Part shown: one piece after another, positions 62,401-64,000 of the stretch
Numbering within the stretch: position 1 is the stretch's first letter
How the letters are laid out: the number at the start of each line of letters is the position of its first letter
Source of the DNA: a virus
Virus record (IMG/VR): IMGVR_UViG_3300029704_000004
Length of the DNA stretch: 64,000 nt
Reading direction: 5' to 3' (one strand)
Notes under the pieces: generated by a model
Database searches by the model: none
The model's input: only the letters and a program-made list of their open reading frames with translations
Told to the model about the DNA's origin: nothing
Translations under genes and position numbers: made by a program

Positions 62401-63831
62401 CATCTTGATGCTGATACTGTTCTTAATAAGATTAGAGACTTTATGTATAGTCCTAATAGTATGGGTGAGCATTTCATGCAGAATGGTGCTATGTTTAGTA
62501 TGTTCTTTGATAATAGAATGGTTAAAGTTCCAGACGCTGAAAGTAATGGAAGACTTGGTTATGAAGCTATGACTTGGGAACAATATAAAAATAAGTTCCA
62601 CGAATATGCTATGAGAAATATTATTGGAGGTAATGAAGAACTTCTTAATAAATATGAAACATTTAAAAAGGATATTCTTGCTGACGATAATAAAAAGAAA
62701 GAGTATGTTTGGAATCGTAGAGATATTAATACTGAGTTTGCTAATCTGTATCTTACAAAGGAACAGAAGAAACAATTTATCACTGAAAAAAAGAAGCTTG
62801 AGAAAGAAGCTAAAGTTAAGTTTGAAGAACTTCCTACAGTAATGGACCAAGTTGACCTTAAAGATGGAAGACTTGCTTTTAAAGAAGGAAGTATTCTTGC
62901 TGAACTTCAAGCTAAATCTAAAGATAAAGAAGTAGGTGATGGTTATATGTTCCTTGGATATATGAAAGGCAAAGTTATTTCAGTTAATAAGAAGATTCAC
63001 GGAGTATATGATAAACTTGGTGCTGCTCAACTCGAAAAACAATGGTGGGGTTCATTAGCTATGCAGTATCATAAACATATTTATCCTGGAGTTATGAAAC
63101 ATTATCGTAGAAAAGGTTATTTCAATGAAGAAAGAGGAACTAAAGAAATAGGTTGTGCTCCTGCTTTATTTGATTTCCTTACTACTCCTATCAGAAAACT
63201 TAGATACGAAAAAGAAATGTCTGATGGTCAAGTAGAAGTATTGGAAAGTCTTCAGGTACTTCTTAAAGGTTATGCTGAGTTTGCAATGAATTTACAAACT
63301 AATTGGCAGTTAATGCCGAAATGGCAAAGAGCAAGTATTGAACGTGCTGCTGGTGATGTAGTTGGTGCTCTTGGTGGCATTTGTACTGCTCTTGCTGTTC
63401 GTTGTATTTGGGACGATGATGATTTAAAAAATAGTCTTTGGGGTAATCTTATGCTTTATGAAGCTGATGAGTTAACTACTCAGTCAATGATGTATAATAT
63501 GTTGTTCTTACCACAACAGTTTGACCAATTATGGTCTAGTCCTATTGCAGGTGTAACTGCTGGTAAAGATATAATGGCTGCTTGTAATAATATCGCTGCT
63601 TATGTAATGGATGACGATTATGACCCTAATTATACTAGCGGTCGTTATGCAGGTCAAAACAAGATTATTGTTAAACTTGGTCGTCAAATTCCAATTTACA
63701 GAAGTCTTAATAACCTTGCTACTCTTGATAAAGCTAATAGTTATTATAAGACTGGTGATAATCTTCTTACTTTGATTAATGTAAAAGATTGGGCTAATGA
63801 TATTAGAGGTACTAGTAGTCTAGAACGTTAA
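50422..63831 (+). CDS. giant virion RNA polymerase-like protein (4469 aa) with DxDxD motif
   Basis: The ORF is uninterrupted over 13.4 kb. DFDID at 55177-55191 (residues 1586-1590) lies within VVPDDWVSQTGSDFDIDSVYG and matches the metal-binding DxDxD signature of two-barrel RNAPs, as reported for crAss-like virion RNAPs. Confidence 0.65.
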   Translation: MANNCSLKFNETKVYTNLKAEVGNDDVLFNSLMSAVIDGSRPSGFNKEFETYYANNYGSIPNTNDESKEVATAIQNFYKNRNFNVNEHTTDSAFISDVKSKGYTSTAAKTCGIRTTGNLMLAFYHNDLIKGRLEEHAEDRKDNLANRVINRMLGAVATNILEARKVEATKEEIAKVRKQLMNTKSNDFVKLEDEVSKTTPQLRNQFATLKDMLSDKVKYFTQVIQTDDRLGEIRFKKDDDLSQQEADWSESFDIEDDDDLNLNNAADNASNNEKDTTTARWEDNGTKSDFMKDFSFAVRSYLSTIPKLSSTEVSADGKYQYDKSNPLGMVDYMDFKVVNSAIRGDIETTNIDAFLKKLEDIAKSNKEYAGLAYLANDLKKKPDFAYKLFQVYRRRTIRKQQVRIDDNSVSPTRSNNRADKLETLRINYLNDIKSTALNIMIEDTNDILGAIKTKIDDYKTLQKTKGFDLNKQALSADIINAIASRLKQYYPSLDKAAIERFARLNGKVDGKTPNIANNLTQLYGYLENTAKYANETLNNKRNLDNRFKEANKIKDKKAKKEALDSVREAYKQGYLSTNTKAYALELAKSLAPYSVVNIDSNSTNALGNQSADQINDSMITNFLNAVKATLTEQQKDGSKVSTELINYGKYKFQGVQYNLSGILMEHRDENGAVINYGLFYKDKDGNIQITNYARDMVNISLFDGAGNPNTKDNVLYSGMSKGDYVYTGFAQYFNTEQNPKMLMGDYFMRIPSDAPKNFVVHAPRYKVDGLFSKMHAIKNAKGEVIAKEVSVDDINENHPIVQQFRNIFKQELLDMVNFINIVFEVKENTETLEDGTVVDQRGRIVFNNDNTPMFKKGWGLDAESARRVFANYHIGKGHKHFIEKKGDGWAFNGLLFKDDRFVLTDYKTGTTTKYGDDLLKYLFPSLYGGARDGFIPFTTNANGEVELNLTADQEAMITRMVKGFVTDYSNNAITRMSEYKDLDINNLINEKNSIDFALNHRLMYIAFNDIFEGDTKFYKDTQTFLKRSKESQASGVPYGFVDTSLDLRENSTIIQGAFLNTPEVQSRLKAIGLDVQQKTKFNGITIKNTVRTSEECKVAKTYPDGKVEGEDGILVKDLVKNSKLTLEQARDLMGGPIMYDNNGKPKLNADGSYRRSGGFSNTTINDAQSYITFEEWIRRIAGRGQLNDYLPLIEAIQDESKEIPADLLKKFVQVQKNFYYDQYYDDKLNTIAPRQIKNAEFVLVPRFIRGTQLEQVYEAMKANKIDQLNTEETSKAGKARVLTIFDEKTGEVTEEHLKDFNNKAEDYREEYDYNHLYTQQETPQHMNAKNKAGIQIMKKILDNIDSNSPLHAYKEDFFNMYVANIKDSFNKLVDELKISLDEDGNIKFDESGNITGVDMQVFFDKLKDECMRLGLDSNMMDFVTLNASMPIAANGCPNPVMPTYLSNVVNKLESISQAMFNSAITRQELPGFHAAQITNVGFKATKDQVSYSKELKYHPNGERYIEIMLPASNFGFAKNADGTYKKSKEELLKELQDAGLDTLIGYRIPTEGKQSVCVMKVVGFLDDAQGSTIVVPDDWVSQTGSDFDIDSVYGIQYNTYIGRDGNIKRATWKDTVTENDWLNYVRRETGLRLSGIDNEKFENIKADAKASTKAEARDARKAEIAEIKNRFDEIESEAYFNLDDDTKEVIKLIHEKINEAYGPKPSKAKYQEQLEVEISTLTGRLEEFKDIYIEEELDAIKDYIEAKKQILNNVINGFELSDDFDYNAIKSEKIKSAIKAYKDEQLRLAKQIARSSRLLQFEAYKKKFDSDVIGNNTREARNNRLLDDMIHILQANESLEENLSRSNFESIIAARDKVMNPVVKEVREARSPYDFLDQAAYQEDVMSGAKLKAFSVTRDTFCSVCNTVHPHITDKYTIKVAYSKDKYNLEELQKRFEKVEETDEGYVVTHNTLGWTNDNKNVDGYILTAYSSQTTAHILDAVKEGAIPNVNDFTFAVYKTLADIGSNYDTAVGFIMQPAITKIVNAYNANKSIYSDKHNKPIEEAIRSLGKEILNTYHINTDKMNLGEIVARVNGLLGTKYSLDKHNDIILSPDELAKRLLNDKNRPVKVSIYQHDWGVLFAYNDLAKLSDKIGSTARVCNPDRFGAKQSIFATRKVFNDIADLIEDENPALVVGTSSIVNSIYAGYDPTKGLRSYITSNAKSAYPSLNAFLKYASAPSILVNRMLFDTEQDNFRIANRAIEVINGSNNVTEKDYKGFTQYILNAAYKQTDAVVNNYTYDVEKKQTIVNKEFDETDEALRIMGYGCTPDFTFNVKDVTNPTQEEVNAWSKLSPAQKISWLKSNSVDAGIFNYINTNLFNEYEMNRDGQSRQTIRFNEDAVDNETAYNLFDTAFSSDNPLVKLAAMDMVKYAFVAEGFKIGRGAINKCIKNTALRDENTFVQFNGARTSIIAQIKAQVDNAVSRTDLVEQYLRSDPGVSNVPHKFMNKKYSSMFETVTRGMYEFSLDDKDNAIEFGFARESNAEFVPIQFNNYIYITKKEGNESVTRLYKIVSPDLGSGIGFAYPLNGLEAGEDREVSINNANNSVPLPSYYEAVIDNLMNSEVADYTLDELNELYKKHVATTKVNKVKAVTHFDIMSDANNDNGGAKDAINKIIKTFNNYEGNRIFIQNMYLYGKTKYDSFTPPIHVEGETISNGGEPISINGNFLFRRATKVSIESHNIRTGEHIEEKPQLVEIVRETPMASSREEVTLGSASSKLEQSLRTTTDSFEKNIVKELNRRSGLGDIEAGKLMRQLRGEGFEQSTKGYKEFKDSVFYSGYAYLKHKVNSTLGKFSQFYRDENGNYFAINSPEVINVIKNNPALQRQFLETLADANAIVDKFGIINQIKADEIENPTLKFYIDEMQKMIKELSNSSIIDDAEVKFGLDYLQKLSNDPNIQNGLISIYDGFHSSGWLDAWFGDLQEQGNSLVQVVTRKVMADIRAKESQAKDFAVAFGKHFEDIKARAAKVGVSVDINKIFDKNGNIVRNYTDKFVEDIKELKRNVAKARVNVQENPMEYIQAKHKLDKFLLDHVNREYVDSYYQKLYDEDEFIINNHPQIYSEYVKLREAIRQINSRRIDGVLSKEFEDKLVELRTKINDLTSQFIGNEYKPAYEYGFPGTEQAPDGSIIVTNQEVYDNARKQSLNDAVQLDQYLRRIKDIKEEYTAKEEKEGFHDMLDKMLNIIDNAEVRDSNGKVTTPASQLDTNKEYKKAKEWIANNAHWSVDDVLKVRIEDAYKKLGITNFKASKARAFIKDKLAKGEQIYDEFGNIDASKFTNTEIAAIKEDVERNYGTTNTSLFSDRNLINSAEPTNEAAPSEFFKMLNSGGMTNPEYQEIITKINNITRKYYNSAAKIVETSKMSIEDLKSLGDLYDELDKTKKHKGKGSYDAYQAYSKYAKENVNEQAYYSEEDEAKKRTEPEFYTLWKRVNARYEVLRDKKGKIVIDETTGKAVYDLTKAPTPNHWLYTTIAPNDAYWEDLNKRDPKEAARQKKEVEDKTKAQEFLSNTLETINTPQYYKAKNAALAKGIAYYKEWYNNNHVYNPFTHAYEALPIWNRTRVIPSIDNGEYSPNWTQTTLTPKAHYKNPNYIEGYTDNENYKTVETDDKNGTTHVPGYDNNLGLNEYEQEAKQYIQDTLMSFAKTETAKRAIASGMAPHRAKKAEHDAKWAAKQAKEFIGFSDMLPSGKDSWYEKIDYSEDRTIDMPMLMTQLKNKESVDLDNIRSTKPKRETYASDEAYEKDLEAYQKRIDEAIKKNEEIHQKLLDRDYIGAIQDFISAAGHYNAIQDNKQLLFYTHRMLGKMKAYDTNLGWNNLRKDSQTSTSDETSYIEKVDTRLQEQFDNWVRRLVYDQYKIPQNKLTRTASMLQSFTSAKFMMLNITGGIGNITVGESAIAGEYIAKEYFTPTGWLKGKNMWRHAIPSFIRGMANEDSTTLADALVKFMNIVDFDEVNNRPTVHLDADTVLNKIRDFMYSPNSMGEHFMQNGAMFSMFFDNRMVKVPDAESNGRLGYEAMTWEQYKNKFHEYAMRNIIGGNEELLNKYETFKKDILADDNKKKEYVWNRRDINTEFANLYLTKEQKKQFITEKKKLEKEAKVKFEELPTVMDQVDLKDGRLAFKEGSILAELQAKSKDKEVGDGYMFLGYMKGKVISVNKKIHGVYDKLGAAQLEKQWWGSLAMQYHKHIYPGVMKHYRRKGYFNEERGTKEIGCAPALFDFLTTPIRKLRYEKEMSDGQVEVLESLQVLLKGYAEFAMNLQTNWQLMPKWQRASIERAAGDVVGALGGICTALAVRCIWDDDDLKNSLWGNLMLYEADELTTQSMMYNMLFLPQQFDQLWSSPIAGVTAGKDIMAACNNIAAYVMDDDYDPNYTSGRYAGQNKIIVKLGRQIPIYRSLNNLATLDKANSYYKTGDNLLTLINVKDWANDIRGTSSLER
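53191..53216 (+). repeat. GC-rich dispersed repeat, copy P (+, G7), intragenic
   Basis: CCTTCTCTTTACGGGGGGGCTAGAGA, read as PSLYGGARD. Confidence 0.9.
56733..56756 (-). repeat. GC-rich dispersed repeat, copy Q (-), intragenic
   Basis: The + strand reads AAACCGCCCCGTAAAAGTAAGTAT, read as KNRPVKVSI. Confidence 0.9.
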
Positions 63832-63843
63832 ACATTAAATGGT

Positions 63844-63870
63844 TATAGCCGCCCCGTAAAAGGAATGTAT
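63844..63870 (-). repeat. GC-rich dispersed repeat, copy R (-)
   Basis: The + strand reads TATAGCCGCCCCGTAAAAGGAATGTAT and starts 13 nt after the stop of the 4469-aa ORF. Confidence 0.9.
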
Positions 63871-63913
63871 GGTTCATAAGCATTAAATAAGTTTAATCGT
63901 AGTAAATTAATTG

Positions 63914-63970
63914 CCTTCAACTGTTGGAGATATAAATATTATTTGTATCTTTGCATCAGTTGAAGGTTTT
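63914..63970 (+). terminator. long-loop hairpin plus T-run (possible terminator)
   Basis: CCTTCAACTG (63914-63923) pairs perfectly with CAGTTGAAGG (63957-63966), followed by TTTT. The 33-nt loop contains a promoter box. Confidence 0.45.
63946..63953 (+). promoter_or_regulatory. Bacteroidota-type -7 promoter box
   Basis: TATCTTTG followed by CA. The downstream gene lies beyond the window. Confidence 0.5.
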
Positions 63971-64000
63971 CTTGTTCTAAGCAAAATGGTTTTAAAGTTT

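Noticed and set aside
620-63870. The dispersed repeat interpreted as a CRISPR array or as ordinary rho-independent terminators.
   Set aside because: Spacing is irregular, from 40 nt to more than 8 kb. Orientation alternates and half the copies are inside genes, so this is not a CRISPR array. Single copies have no self-complementarity, and none, including the doublets, is followed by a T-run. The genuine terminators in the window have AT-rich stems plus T-runs.
1-64000. Stop-codon reassignment (TAG or TGA recoding), as reported for some crAss-like lineages, and tRNA genes.
   Set aside because: Very long ORFs, up to 13.4 kb, are intact under the standard bacterial code, and genes end on TAA, TAG and TGA. 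I saw no cloverleaf-compatible segment or GTTCGAAT-type T-loop in the intergenic regions. A tRNAscan-SE run would be needed to be certain.

Overview
The window is strongly AT-rich and densely packed, and every credible gene lies on the + strand. It reads as the virion-morphogenesis half of a crAss-like (Crassvirales-type) podophage. The gene order is small early or accessory genes including a PD-(D/E)XK nuclease, then a possible lysis cluster, large terminase, portal, a scaffold-like protein and the major capsid protein. These are followed by head proteins, two mosaic receptor-binding loci separated by a small accessory island, a tail operon, and a run of giant virion or cargo proteins of 1182, 855, 2338 and 4469 aa. 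The 4469-aa ORF carries a DFDID (DxDxD) two-barrel RNA-polymerase signature. Eight to ten intergenic sites match the Bacteroidota sigma-A -7 box TAnnTTTG (here always TTTGCA), and most operon ends have canonical hairpin plus T-run terminators, so the host is probably a Bacteroidota species. I found no tRNA, rRNA, CRISPR array or integrase by eye. The most unusual signal is a dispersed GC-rich repeat of about 25 nt, with consensus ACATWCC-TTTTACGGGG(C/G)GG-CTAGAG. It has 18 clear copies (9 per orientation) plus one decayed copy. It occurs as hairpin-forming doublets between genes, as an inverted pair bracketing a promoter plus ORF cassette, just downstream of many stop codons, and in frame inside coding sequence in several reading frames. 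Inside the three largest ORFs it forms +/- pairs that bracket catalytic modules. I cannot assign its function from sequence alone. Candidates are a REP/REPIN- or MITE-like element, a recognition site for a phage-encoded protein or RNAP, an RNA processing or stability element, or a fossil intercistronic linker in fused genes. All counts and coordinates were obtained by eye from the printed sequence, and no database search was run.
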